Positions 14,001 through 27,075 of a DNA stretch of 64,000 bases are shown here, in pieces. The stretch covers positions 13,516,001 through 13,580,000 of the forward strand of contig CM060731.1 of assembly GCA_030704615.1 (NCBI GenBank), read 5' to 3'. Made by a program: the position numbers and the translations under genes. A model generated the notes under the pieces. That model was given only the letters and a program-made list of their open reading frames with translations, did not search any database and was not told the DNA's origin. The DNA comes from Takakia lepidozioides (lineage: Eukaryota; Plantae; Bryophyta). Position 1 is the first letter of the stretch; every line of letters begins with the position of its first letter.

Positions 14001-16056
14001 GTAAAACGCCATATATCAGTCGAGAACACTAACGCTGGGAGATTCATTCAACCAAATCTATTGGGTTGTTAATCTGCTCTACAAGTAATAATTAGGTGCT
14101 TGTCGACTGTTTGATAGCCAAGCTGGCCAATGTTACAGATGTCTTTGATCTTATCCTGAAACTACAGGTTTACAGGGGTCTAGTCATCATCTACAAATGA
14201 CAGCCCTCATCTCAATGATATCTACCTGGCTTGCTTGGAATGTGGACTTCTTGTTGTTATGCCCAGCCTACAGCCATCATTCCACATATCTTCAAGTCTG
14301 CCAGACATGCAATTCATGAATAATATTAATATCATAATACAGATAATATGTTTATGTAATAAAAATTAAAGGAGACCTAAAAGAACCTGATACTTACCCA
14401 TACCACCACCACTAAGCTTCTTCATACCCTGCACTTTATGGCTATCATCTGCAAAATTGAAAGTGGCCAGTTGATCACCCCTAGGTCGATCTTTTCTATA
14501 GTGACCACCCCCCAATAGAGGACAGTACCACAGGACCCTGCAAGGGTAAGAGGCTCTTATTCGTGTTAACTTCAGTTGGCATTTATATAGATATATGCAG
14601 TTCATGAGCTTGCAGAAATACCCGTGACCCCATCAACCTAGCAAGCCTTGGAAAAAACTTTGGACATGGGTATGGAATCCTAAGTGACCCAAATAATTAA
14701 GCCTAGTGGTTGGTTGTGCATGAGTGCAGTGAATGGATAGGAGTTGTTTCATTGTGACTGGTGAGCTAAAAGTATAAACACCAACAAAGACTGTAAATAT
14801 AGTGTGAATGAGACTTATTTGTGATTGCGATCTTGCGATTCCAGCCCCTCTTCGCTTTGATTTTCATGCACTTTGTATCTTTTCTTGATGTTAGCATTGT
14901 GATTGTTGGGGAGGGGTACTACAGGTGTTTTAATGTGTTTAGGTTTTGCACTCCAAACTTGATTTGTGTTCAACTTCATGCACTCTTCGTAGAGAGTTCT
15001 GCAATAGTGAGCGAAGAGAAAACTTTTTTTTGGGGGCATTTTTGATTGGTTTTCTTTTGTTTGCTTTGAATCTATTTACTACTCGCAAAGAAGAGTGAAG
15101 GAAGGAACTGGGCCAGCAGAAAATGACGTAGTGCCTCCACAAAATGCGTATCCAGTCCATGATGCAGATATGTGCATACCAACTCCAAGAAACCCTACAA
15201 ATGAGGGACGCATGTTTGAAAGTTGATGTGGTTTCTTTTGAAAAAAACTCTCTTTTGCCTGGGTGTTTGCTGTCTCCACGATTGCGTGCTTCAAAGCACA
15301 ATGTTTGTTCGTCGTGAGACAACCAACATTGTTATCATAGGGGAGTCCATGGCAGCAGAATTTATTAAATAGAAATTGCCTTCATGAGAGGCTATTCCAC
15401 CACCTGGCTGCTCCTTTGTGCTACATGCTCTGTCGAACTATGAAATTCTTCTTGTTTTATATGGTTTGCATTGTCATTGTTCACATGACGTCACATGCAC
15501 ATATGAAAAGTTCCTAAACTGAATATAAAGTGCCTAAAAAGTGCATAAACTGAATATACAAAAAATAGAGGGCAGAAGACAGTCGTGGGGGAAATAAAAT
15601 CAATACAAAGTCCCTAAAATTAAGATGAGGTGACAAACATAACATATCAATTCACACAACCAGCAAGTCAATTTGGTTAACTATGAATACTTATGTAACT
15701 TGAAGATCCTGCTTGGTTTAGTTCCGTGCCAATACTTATCCCACGATGGAATGAGCGCATCGGTCACAGCAGCTTGTCAAGCGAAAAAAATGTAATCACA
15801 AAACGAATTTCGTTGATGAAACCCAAGTTTCTGCTTCAATTTTGGACAAGAGATTGAAGGGGAAAATAAATTTAAAAATAAATTTTATTTTATTTTTAAA
15901 AAAAAACCAATTTTTCTAAGGAAACTCAAGTATGTGCTCACGTGAATTCAACTTTGGACACTCTTAACTACGATGAGTTTATAGTGTCGAACAATGACAT
16001 GCTGCACATGGTCTCCTATTTATTTTGGATGTCCTATTACTTTGCCTTTATTGCCT

Positions 16057-16659
16057 CTTATGTGGGTGTTGACGCCTACATAATTCATGGACCTCCCGCA
16101 AGTCCTCCAATGACACAATAAAGCGTTTTTTTTTTTGTAAAGAGATGATGTGAGGACTTATGGGGGTGTTGACACCCACATAATTCATGGACCTCCCGAA
16201 AGTCCTCAATAAATCAAAATAATAATAATAATAAACAATTTTTAAAAACTATTATATAAAATATGAGGACTTATGTGGGCGTTGACGCCTACACAATTCA
16301 TGGACCTCCTGCAAGCCCTCTAATGACCCGAAAAAAAAAAAAACCCCAAAATCTTCAGAAAAAAAAAATGAGGACTTATGTGAGTATTAACGCCCAAGTA
16401 ATTCGTGGACCTCCCACAAGCCCTCCAATGACCAAAAATTAAAATTAAAAGTAAAAAACAATTAAAAAAATATAAGAACTTATGTGGGTGTTGATGCCCA
16501 TATAATTCGTGGATCTCCCACAAGTCCTCCAATAACACAATAAAAAGCAAAAATTTCAAATTATTTCAAAAAAAAAAAAACATACTGCAAAAATATACTT
16601 TAACATACTGCTTTGTGAGGTCTAGGAATTATGTGGTCGTCAACGCCCACACAAGTCCT
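16057..16659. repeat. Array of ~60-bp hairpin repeats separated by A-rich spacers (5 direct, 1 inverted)
   Basis: Consensus GAGGACTTATGTGGGYGTTGACGCCYACATAATTCRTGGACCTCCCRCAAGYCCTC at ~16057, 16151, 16264, 16369 and 16473, with an inverted copy at 16617-16659. Confidence 0.85.
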
Positions 16660-16959
16660 TACACCTGATTACAGACACACAATGGATGCACCAATACGAT
16701 TCCAATTTTCTAAATGACACTACTGGTATTCTCGTGGGAATAGGTCTCCATTTATCCTCGGATATACTACCGCACCACTCTACGCTCACGACCACTAAGC
16801 GTGACGCCTAAGCTCACGCTTAGTGGGTCAAATGTGAGCCTGGGCTCATAGGCTCACGTGAGCAGACTCATGGCGTAGCTTCCCTGAAGGAAGAGTATGC
16901 AAGTACTAATTCTTTGATTCTCGACCCAGTTTATTTTTCTGATTGGAAACTTACAATCC

Positions 16960-18200
16960 ATGTATTGTATTTGTAAGCTATGGTTTTGCTATTTTGTAAT
17001 AGGGGAATGATGACTGATGGGGTGGTCTCTGAGAGTTCAGGGGCTGCAAAGGCTTTGGTTAATCGAGAGCTAGAGACCTATTTTTCAGCCCATGGCATCA
17101 TGGATGCACTAGGGATTGTCTACCCACAATATTGGCTTTAGCCAAATTGTGATGAAACCTTTAGCAGACACCTAAATGTCATCAAAGGTGCTTATTGTTA
17201 TCCCAAAGCAATACGGGTGGGAGAGAAAAAGATGGATGTCTCTAAGGTGCTTTGCTCCACATATTTGGACTCCCAACAAGGCATGTTCAAGCTCAAAATG
17301 AAGAGTATGCAACTGCAACCATGGCCCCACCTATTGACACGTATGTGACGAACTGTTACTGCTTCGAGGGTCTTGGTTAAAAGTTTTCCGGAGTACACTA
17401 AGTTGGCAGAGATTGCAATGGTGTAGGTATTGGGAAGCGCTAAAGACGTCGAGCGATGCTTCGTACCTTCGCTTTCAACAGACTCACAACCCACTTGTCA
17501 AGTGGGTAAAAATGTTTGCACAACGGTTCTATATGTTGGAAACCTTTCCCTATGCTGAATGCATTGATCAGTGGAAAGTAGCCCATGTGCATTATAACTT
17601 TGTTGTGTAGTCTATGTGGTTCATGTTATGGTGAAGTGCAGAAACGTGGTTTTTATCACTTTGGTGGTACATGTTTCAGCGATAAGCCTCTCAGTGAGGC
17701 TGCATGATTACCCTTGCAATCATGTGAACCTCTTTGTTTCCATGATCTTGGCAAGTTCTATTTATTTTATTGTGATTTGGAGCCTTAGTACTTAGCTGAA
17801 TTGTGTTGTTTGTGTGTGTGTGTATTGTATATGTGTGCAGGTCCCTTGTGCTGCATGGGCAGTTTCAGGGGTTCAATTCCCCCACAAGAGTTTGTCCTCA
17901 AATGTGGTCTTTGGATGTGGTGTGCTTTGGCATGTTGGACTTAAATGGTTTGGACTCTGTCCCACCGACGTTCTTGGTTGAAACTTCACCAAACCCTTTG
18001 TTTCAGTTTTGCAAGCTTGTAAATTCGCCCAGAATCGTATAGTTCATTATTGGTAGTCACCATTTCACTGCCCAAAAACATATCATTTCGCCGCAGTAAC
18101 CACAGCTAGAATGTAAAAGAAGCCACAACCTTTTTCTCCCACAATGTAAAACTAATCACTTGTTGTAACAACTTCAATTTTTCAAGCGTCGCCCTCCCTG
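16960..18200 (+). mobile_element. hAT-superfamily transposase C-terminal remnant with probable right end
   Basis: ELETYFSAHGIMDALGIVYPQYW and FPEYTKLAEIAMV*VLGS..VERCF (hAT dimerisation-like) with stops. It ends ..CGTCGCCCTCCCTG at 18200, a CAGGG-type TIR. Confidence 0.7.
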
Positions 18201-20116
18201 CTGCTTTTTCTCGAAGGAGCCACTCCGTTTATAATCCCATAGCACTTACGTCGCCACATTGGCACCATTTGCTAGTAAAGAGCCATACTAGCTACTTCTC
18301 AAAAACAAAAAAAAAGACACTGCATCTACTTTCCACCTTTCAGCAATAGCTCTTTGGGGCTGAAGCAATACCATAAGTTATGCTTGCTTTGGCAATAGTC
18401 TCCTAATTTTATTTGTTTATTTATTTATTCACCAGATAATCATTTGTCTGGAACTTCTGATTGTATGAACTACATCCAATTACTTCATCTATAAATATGA
18501 ATGAAATATTCCATGTACGCCTGTCTTGAACTAACTTGTTTGCCAATCGGAAATATTAGTACAATATTTGAGAATCCTTAGGATCATACATGGGATCATA
18601 TCTTATAGTGCATTCATCACCGTTCTAGCCACAAACTTAGAAATATAATATAGGAATACATATAGCTAGGCTAGTGGGAGTGGGAGAGCATCTTCGCTTG
18701 GACTCATCCACCTCAAATTGGCACCTGGCGCCGTATCTCTTGTGATTTAATTGACCAGATATTTGCAGACTGGGACGTGCTTCAGTGTTGTCGATATATT
18801 TGTGCGATTAAATCCACGTGAACTAGATTAGAATAACCGCCCAATACTCTGAGAATTGTGTGATGAGGTGGGGTTGGATGTCCCACTCAGATTCGAAAAC
18901 CGTGTCTGTAATCGCCAGGGTTTACCCAGGTTTAGCCTTGCAGACAAACCGATGCGAGCGTTACAAGGCCCAGCCGGGCCCACACGTGTGTGTGGCCGAT
19001 ATTTGGCGCTGTCGCCGTCGCACCGCACAATCAACGAGGCCGGCCCCGGGTTCCCAGTGCGACAAGCCGGTCTGAACCCCGCCCGGCTTCTTGCTGCGCC
19101 CTAGTCGGCGCCGACGAACGAATGAATAAGGAATCACATTCCATTCGCTGAATTTCATTCATCCTGACGATCCTTGCATGCAGTCAACAATGGTGGCCGT
19201 GTAAGACAAGGCAACCGCCTTTGGTGGGTCGCTTTTCGTCGTTGAGGATAACGTTCATCCATGACAGTTTGGTTCTGTTCATCCGTATCCAGGTGACGTG
19301 GGCAGGGCCAATTGGATAACTGTAGAGGGATTATGAGCCACCGATCGCGCATTTACTGCAGCCGCCATTGAGTTGAACATACTAATTTCACTTAAATCGC
19401 TGGAACCGTTAGCCTATAATTTAATGACCGTTCTGGTGGGTTGCTGTTTGTTCAGGGTCATTTAATTTAAGGATTTTGTAGATTTTATACTTGAATAATG
19501 AATCATTTCTTATTTCACTCTCCATTTGAAGTCACTGTGGGATCCGATGTAGTGGCACCAAATGGTCTTATCAATCGTTTTCGTTGCGTACACAATTCTT
19601 TGCGTACGAGAGTGTGGGAAAGTTGATGTTGCCACGAGAGGTCCAAAAACTAGGTATGATAGTCCTTTCATGGTTTTAGTGGCTCCATTTTGTGGAGTGC
19701 GACGTAGGTATGGGCTCAAAATGTTTTTATCAATCCTTTTCGTTGCGTACACTCCTTTGCATGAGAGTGTCAGGAAGGTCCTATGTTGTAGAGTCTGCGA
19801 GTCCTTTTCTTATGATGATGTATTTTTGTCGCACTCACCCTGCTTCAGGTAATACTGACCTGTTCACCAATCCAGAGTGATTTCTCCCCTTCAAGTGTGC
19901 TACTACTTTCCTTTACCTGGATTAGGTATATATCTATGATTTTATTTCAAAAGAAAAAGGAATGAGGGTCTCAAAATGAAAAAATAACAGCCACAACTCG
20001 TCTTACAGTCGACACGACAAGCTTAAAATGACAACATATCAACAAAGGAAAGATTAAATGGCCAACAAGGTGCAGCCGCTTGAAATTTAGGCGAGCCTTG
20101 ACCTTAGAGTCGCGGA

Positions 20117-20129
20117 TTTTCTTGTAGTG
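20117..20129 (-). mobile_element. Solitary CACTA terminal inverted repeat
   Basis: TTTTCTTGTAGTG is the reverse complement of the canonical CACTACAAGAAAA. No partner was seen. Confidence 0.5.
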
Positions 20130-20820
20130 CCAGTTCATATCAACCTCATCGTAATCGGTTGTCCAATAAAATAAATAACTGTGTCATGACGGAATGTAAA
20201 CTTCGGGGAAGCAAGAAGAAAAAGAGGAATCACAGATCAGTGTCACCCAGATGGCGATGGGTTCAAATCACACCATCAAGTTGTCGATGGTATTTGTTTT
20301 TAAGGAAAAAGAGTAGAAAAGAAGATGGAATTCGAAAAGAAGGTTGGGTGGGGAGAGGGGGAGAAAGAACGCAACGGTCCAAACAACGGGCGCGGTCCGA
20401 AGTGCGAAGCCGCGGAGAAAGGACGGACCCGCTCTCGCTGCGGTGAGGGAAGCGCGTAAGTACCACGACTTTGCAGCTCGTTGCCTCACTCCTACTTATT
20501 TCCCTCCCACTTCTTCCCCGGCAGCAATCCTCATTCTCTTCTGTGCCTCTCCATCCCGAAGAATTGGGCTGAATCTCTCTAGGGAGAATTTTGAAGCTGT
20601 CTGGGATCTCAGTTGTGCTGGTAGCCTGATTCTGTCTTTGTCGGTCAAGGTCGGGTTGACTGATTGAAACTGTGGGAACTTCGTCTGCTCCTGAGGTAAG
20701 TGTGCTTAGTGCAGCTGGGCGTGGGTTTTCTCTGGTAGTGTGTGCGTAATTGGAAGGAGCTTTGGGAGTGTGGAAGTGTGCGAAGAAGGCCACCAGCTCT
20801 GTGAATCGAGGAGCGGTACA

Positions 20821-21842
20821 ATGTGGACTATGAACGAGGTATCCAATCCTTTGCTTGCTGTCGAGTCTAATCCATGAGCTCTGACTGGATTGCGTGCGTT
20901 GAATTTCTTCTCTACACCGTGCGTTCCCCTTCCACTTGCCTTGCGCTGCGTGGGAGTGTTTGGCATTTCCAGACTCTGTGTCTTGAACCCTCCCTGCCTT
21001 TTGTTTCTTGAGGCGATATAGCTGTCCCTTTCTACTCTTTGTTGTGAAAGGTCTGCAGTTAGACATCCGTGTTCTGTTTTTTGGTTCGCAAGAACGTGCA
21101 TGTGTCGTTCTCAATTCTGATAGAAGGTTTCGTGGTACGCAGCTTTTCTACGGGGGACAACCACAAGCATCTCAGTGGGTGCATCCCAAGCCTCCGGAGA
21201 CACCAAAGGAGGTGAAGAAGGAAGAGTCCAAGGTGACATTTAGCACCTCCTAAATTGTGGACTTACATGGTCATTTTTGCTGAGGCAGTTGATTGTGTTT
21301 TTCTGCACTGTTTCTTTCATGGCCCTTCTCGGAATGGGTGACAGTAAAGTGCTTGGAAACTGTTCAAACATGACTATACCTTGCCTAATGGTTTCTTGTT
21401 CTGCCTAACAGCAGAAAGAAGATGTTCAGTTAAAGGTGGATCTGTGCTGTGAGGGGTGCGAGAGGAAGATCCGCAAGGTGCTCATCAATCTGCCCGGTAT
21501 GCAGCTGACCTCAGTTGGAAAAATATTTATGGAAAACAGAGCATTCAACTAGTTTCATGTGTCTGTACAAAGTGTGCCGATGGGTCTGGGACTGGGTTTG
21601 TAGTGTTGCGGGACTTTAGCGTTGTATTTTGGCTCTAGATAACTACACCGCTTGACAGTCTGGTGATGTGGCTTGCTTGGCCTTTGGGTTTTGCAGGTGT
21701 AAATACACTCACTGTACACAGAGAACTGCAGAAAGTGACTCTCGCGGGCGGCGTGAAAGCAGACGATGCCCTGAAGGCTATTCACAATATCAACAAGCGT
21801 GCTTCTTTGTGGGGTGAAGACAAGAACCCGAAGAAAAAGTAA
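20821..21842 (+). CDS. Heavy-metal-associated (HMA) domain protein, HPP/ATX1-like, no CaaX
   Basis: Spliced model 20821-20838, 21143-21232, 21412/21415-21496, 21697-21842 with GT-AG introns and compatible phases: ..VQLKVDLCCEGCERKIRKVLINLPGVNTLTVHRELQKVTLAGGVKADDALKAIHNINKRASLW..KKK*. The first exon is less certain. Confidence 0.85.
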
Positions 21843-23826
21843 GGGCTATAAAAACAGAACGGATTGTCACACAAATCCATACTACAGCAGGACAGAGATG
21901 AGCTTCAAGATCTCCTTGGCCCTGCAAATTTGGATCAATTCTGTGAAGGGTGCTTGTTTACACATGCTGCTAGAGAGTATTCCCTCGCGCAAGCTGGTTT
22001 TACAGGAAAATACTTGCAATAGATGAGTATAGGGAACATCAGTGGTGATCTCCACCCCTCCTGATACCTATGTATTACAAGTCTGGAGACAACAATTTTG
22101 TTGGTGTGGTCACAGGGTCGAAAATACTGGAGTACCGGAGTAGTTACGTTTTTGTAGAATGCTTTATGGAGCTCCTCTAACAGTCCTCCGAACTCTTTCC
22201 AGTGTAATTATTGTACTCGCAAATGATGGAGAGTCTTTCCGGGCGTCCGTAAGGTCCTTCCTGCTCTGTACATTCCATTCCTTCTCCATGTAGACTCTTT
22301 TTACGTCTGAATCCTACGTCCACAAAGTGGCGTATATTTTATCTACGAACGTTCCATTGGCATTCCTGGTGTTAGCATCTTTAGGCTATCCAGACGAATT
22401 TCCGAAACCATCTCGGGGTAGATAGGATAGTAGTTGTCCCCTTCCGTCTGCAATTCTTATTCGGACACTCTATAAGCTACTTTTGCTTTCTCTCCATACC
22501 TTCTCTTCTCCCCACACAAATCTGGACAATCTTGCAACTCTACTGTTTCGTTAAAAGACAAATTTGGTTCTTTATTTCTCTAAGAAATAATTTGGTTGCC
22601 ACTTTGTCGTGTATATTGCCGTCGCTTTGGCGCATAAAAAGTCCAAACGTAATATCAGGGAAAAGCAGTAAAGCTGATGTATCTAGCTGCACTGTACGTA
22701 AACCAATAAGAAGTTTTATGACTGTTCTGTGCCTTCATACCCCGATGTCGATGGCGGTGCTCGCCGCGTGCCACATTCATGGTTTGCACTACAATGTCCA
22801 AAAATTGCATTAGAAAATAACAGAGTCTGGAGCAGGTCTGTTTCTCCACTCTACCTCATATATCTGTCGTATCTCAAGCCTAAACAGTGATAATGGCAAC
22901 TTGTCATCTTGCTTCGAAAAGTATGGCAATAGGGTAAGTTGGCCTATGACCGAACAGGTGTCTATGATCGAACACCCTATTAACGCTCCTGTCAGTACCT
23001 CACTGCTGGTCCCAAGACTGTCCATTTTTGTCACTTGGCAAACAATCATTTGATATAACCCCCCAAAAAGTGTGATTGGTCATAGGCCTCTTGGTGTATA
23101 CAAGCATTCTGATTGGTTCGACTTTGAAACCATACAACTTTGTGTAGGATTCATGAAATCAAATAGTTCCAAGTGGGACATCTTATGTGAAAATTACCTG
23201 AGGTAAAAAATGACAAAAATTCACCGTTAGACTTTTCATCATCGTTAATTGAACGGTCAGAGGTCAACATACCCTACTCACGTTTTGATTCTCCGGTATA
23301 GTTACTTTAGAACGCCTACTTCCACGTTAAAGACATTCAATGTTTCCACCTGGGACTAATAAATTTGACAATTTCGACGGCGCCAGGACGAGGGGAGGAG
23401 AATTCAGTCAACATATCTGATACTGATCACTGTTTCGCTTATGGTCCTTCTCGTAATAACTAATAATAACTAGCATACTGGTTTACAGCTCAGCCTTCAA
23501 ATTGCTGCCAGAAGCTGTCCGAGAAGCTGTTGATGGTGCACCATTTGCCGAGACCATTCATTCCCATACTAGCTGTAGCGCTGCGCATTGAATGTGGTGG
23601 ACCCGGCCTCGTCGCATTGTGAAGCTGCGATGAACTTCGAAGGGTTCTCTGCAAAGTCACTCAAGGCAAAGGGCACAAGCAGACAAAGCTACCTCTGGAG
23701 GCACATCAGTGCCAATGACCGATGTACACAAATGTGGTGATCCCTGTTTTGTGTCATGACGGTGGTCTGGAACTGTTACTCCTCAAAATCTTACATAATT
23801 TTGGTGGAAGGAACCAGAGAGAGACT

Positions 23827-24111
23827 TCAAAAACGGGACAGGAAACTTTCTATGGTTGGGAAATAGTTGAGGACTACTGGCTCATTGGACTTAGGGAGCA
23901 TTGCCAGGGACGTTTTTCTCTTCACCTTCTTGGAACTGACTCTGGTCAAGGAGAGAGTAGTTTCAGGGGAAGTGCGTGCAGCTGCGGAATTGCGCTTCAG
24001 CCACTTCAGGAGGCTCCTGCCTCTAACCTCCTTCATTGCCGCATTTGCATGTTCATGATCAGAATGTTCATTGAGGTGCCCAGTGTTAGCTAACTTGGAG
24101 GCAGTGTCCAT
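23827..24111 (-). CDS. Small basic 94-aa protein, C-terminus PVVLNYFPTIESFLSRF
   Basis: Intact single-exon ORF paralogous to 25609-25893 (shared LxWxKR..ARTSP..P-V/L-V-xNYFP..LSR). Confidence 0.7.
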   Translation of the reverse strand: MDTASKLANTGHLNEHSDHEHANAAMKEVRGRSLLKWLKRNSAAARTSPETTLSLTRVSSKKVKRKTSLAMLPKSNEPVVLNYFPTIESFLSRF

Positions 24112-25608
24112 TCCACAAGTAGTTTGTTGATTCTAACCAGAAAAGCGTCCCGTGGTTTGTAGTTGGGAGAGGGAGATTTGGTAGAACAAGAGTGGATCTG
24201 ATGAGCTTTCGGAGCTGAACGATATCCATCCTGCAGTCAAATTTCAGCTCGACAATTCAATTCTGTTCAAAAGAATGGCCTATGAATGAATGGAAGAGAA
24301 TAATGACTTATTGAAGCACCGGTATGGGTGGAAACGGGACGGACTGCGTTTAGATCATGAATGTGGGTGGATATGAACTAAGGTTAGATGCTTGCCCATA
24401 ACTAGAATGGAGAGGGCTGATCAGTCAAGTGAACGCTTCAAGGGATGAAGTAGCTCCTTGGTACAGAAGAACAACTTTTGAATGTAACCATCTCTACTCA
24501 CGAATCCGGAAAAAAACACTGTCGCGCCAAAGAAGCCATGAATGGACGTGAGATGACAGAGTGTTGATCGTCACGTCATGTCGGATTGACTCAAAAAGGA
24601 TACTGCTGTAGGAGTACAACGAACTGTCCATTCTACAGTCTCAATTGGACGATAGGGCAAAATTGAAGAGTGCTATCGCACCAAGTCTTTACTGTTGGAG
24701 GTATTCAACCACATTGGAGAGTATACATTACGTTATGACCATTCGGATTTCTCCGTCAAAGCAGACTAGGCAGCAGCAGGAACTAGACTGGCGCAAACAC
24801 CTTACCCGTGACCTAGCGTCCGAGCTTCCCCGAACCAAAACTGTCAGTCAATTGTTTTGGGCTCATCCTCTTCATTTAGTTACAACCTGGAGAGTTCAAT
24901 CTTCAGAAACACATCAAATTTAGCTTGTTCCAATGTACCTCACACGAACGTGTTACTGAAGGGAATGTGTCTGCAGAGTGGAACGATATCTGGCTCTAAA
25001 TTTCTATCCGAGCCACCTGGAGAGATAGCTAATGAGCCTTGAGACCCTTTCAGCTGGCTTCCGACCTCCAAGTTGCATGACGCTTGAAGTGCTATGGCAA
25101 ACCAAGAAATTGGAAATTTGTACATATGAATTGGACAAGCTGCAAGTTACTACTACCCAACTTGCACCTATCTCTCTTAAGCCCTCCGAGATGTATACAC
25201 AGGAGAATCTGTAGCTTTCAGGTGCGCTCAAAATCCGGATACCGCTGACAAAACTTAATGCACCGCGACAGACGTTCGAACTCCTTCGCATGCCCCAGAT
25301 TGGCCTCCACTATTGTAGAAGTACGAAGGCAGTAGATCCAGCACTGAACGTGAGATGGACTTCACAATCACAATTCCAGCCATCTATGTTTAGGGTTCCG
25401 TGCATTCTCCTCTGTAACGCAATTATTCGTATGTAGCTCCTATGTGAGCATTTCACCGGAGCAATGCCTATGGCAAGCAAGCAATGCACCAGGTGGGCGG
25501 CGTCCACCCATTGTACAAAAAACGCCATCGATTTCTCCATTGTGAGCATTGCCTTCAGGTGACCAGTGTCATAGAGTTACACGGTACAGCTAGTGCGCAA
25601 CATTGCGT

Positions 25609-25893
25609 TCACAGACGTGACAGGCCTCTTCCGACAGGAAAGTAGTTGACCACCAATGGCACCGAATGTGTTTTCTTGGCCTTGTGTCGCGAATCCTTCT
25701 TACCGTCCCTTTTACCGCTGGATGCATTAGTGGAGCTGGAGATGTTGTCGGAAGCAGGGGAAGTGCGAGCAGAACCCGCGAGACTACGCTTCATCCATCT
25801 CAAAGAGGCTCGAACCTTGCTCTTGAAAGAATTTCTCTTCACGGCGTCGTGAGCAGCATTGTGCTTGCTTGAATCTGCGAGAGTGTCACCCAT
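25609..25893 (-). CDS. Small basic 94-aa protein, C-terminus PLVVNYFPVGRGLSRL (PTS1-like)
   Basis: Intact ORF paralogous to 23827-24111. TATA-like CTATATAG lies ~220 bp upstream at 26114-26121. Confidence 0.75.
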   Translation of the reverse strand: MGDTLADSSKHNAAHDAVKRNSFKSKVRASLRWMKRSLAGSARTSPASDNISSSTNASSGKRDGKKDSRHKAKKTHSVPLVVNYFPVGRGLSRL

Positions 25894-26669
25894 GGCGCTC
25901 TACGTGTGTCCGTGTTCTGACAGAACGCTTTCAACACAAATGTAAAGCTGATATCTGTAAAGTAACTATGTGAGTCTAAGAATCAAGGGAGAGATGAGTC
26001 TACCAGGAGGCCCAAATAGGAGATCTGGAGAGAGAGTGTGGCGCAACTTGGGGACGAGAAAGAAAGTCACAAAAGGCAATACTAAGAATGACTGTGGACC
26101 CTTTGCTCACTCTCTATATAGAGCAGTAGGCTCTGTAAATTCACTGGACGTTAAAGAATCTTTATCTCTATATAACTCGGTGACCGAATGTGCGTGAACA
26201 GATCTTCAAGAGGGAAGATTTGAGTGCTTGTATCAACGTATGGGTGTTTTACATTTAGGCAATAGATAATGTCAAGAACTCCCTAAGCTTGGGCAGGAAG
26301 CCATTGACTCCCCCAGGTGGGCCACCTTCACAGGTAGGTATTAACTAGGGAAGGTACATCAGGAGAAAAGAGTCGATGCGTGGTCTCTCGTTATTGGGGA
26401 GGAGCCTAAGTAGGTACAAAGCCCAACGGCTTGGGCAACACGCCAGCTGATGAGGTGGGGTGGCAAGCACGCTTCCTCTCTGTGACCCTCCTCGTGCCCG
26501 TTATGATGTCCATCCGCGCTCATCATGCTAGACATTTGACCCTTCAACGGCTTCTCCACCATAGCTGACTGACTAGCTACTGGGCGAAGCTCCTTGCATT
26601 GCTGCTACTTGTGTGACATTCCCTTCAGTTCAGCTCATTTTTTTCAAGTTCTCACAGAATTTGATGAAC

Positions 26670-26945
26670 CCCTCAGATGTGGGCTGCCCAAAAAGTACAG
26701 GGAGGACATTTTATGTTTCAAGGAGTCAGTCCTGCTATTTGTGCACACGATCTGGGGAGTAGGACAAACATAACATGGAAGCAGCTTGGTGCCATCGACT
26801 GACATATACGCTTGTAACTTTAAATCAAGCTAAACATTCTTTGATCAGATTTGTAACAGTTATGAAAAGTAGAGGAATTTAATTGCATACTGTTTGGAAG
26901 AAGGTAAACAAAATGAGATTGAAAATGAAGATTTCATAGATCACA
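26670..26945 (+). repeat. Direct repeat copy 1 (3' flank of the MYND gene); copy 2 at ~31890-32235
   Basis: Colinear shared blocks: CAGATGTGGGCTGCCC, GGGGAGTAGGA, ATCAAGCTAA, GATCAGATTT.TAACAGTT, TGTTTG.AAGAAGGTAA, TGAGATTGAAA.TGAAGA. Confidence 0.75.
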
Positions 26946-27075
26946 ATAGTCACAAAGCACTGAGTTACTGCTGTAGACTTCAGAGCGCGGTGCAAAAGAA
27001 ATGAACGTTCCGTTCTTGCGCAAAGCACTCCATTCAGACCAGTGAATGGGATGATCTGGATTGCTGATTGATCTC

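Noticed and set aside
14815-15350. Overlapping short ORFs, possible transposon relic
   Set aside because: No motif I can assign.
16057-16659. CRISPR array
   Set aside because: Eukaryotic context, no cas genes, degenerate ~60-bp repeats and low-complexity poly-A spacers.
19560-19790. ~160-bp-period local duplication
   Set aside because: Ordinary two-copy tandem duplication with no further structure.
20263-21114. 283-aa minus-strand ORF
   Set aside because: Antisense to the 5' UTR and introns of the HMA gene; no recognisable motifs.
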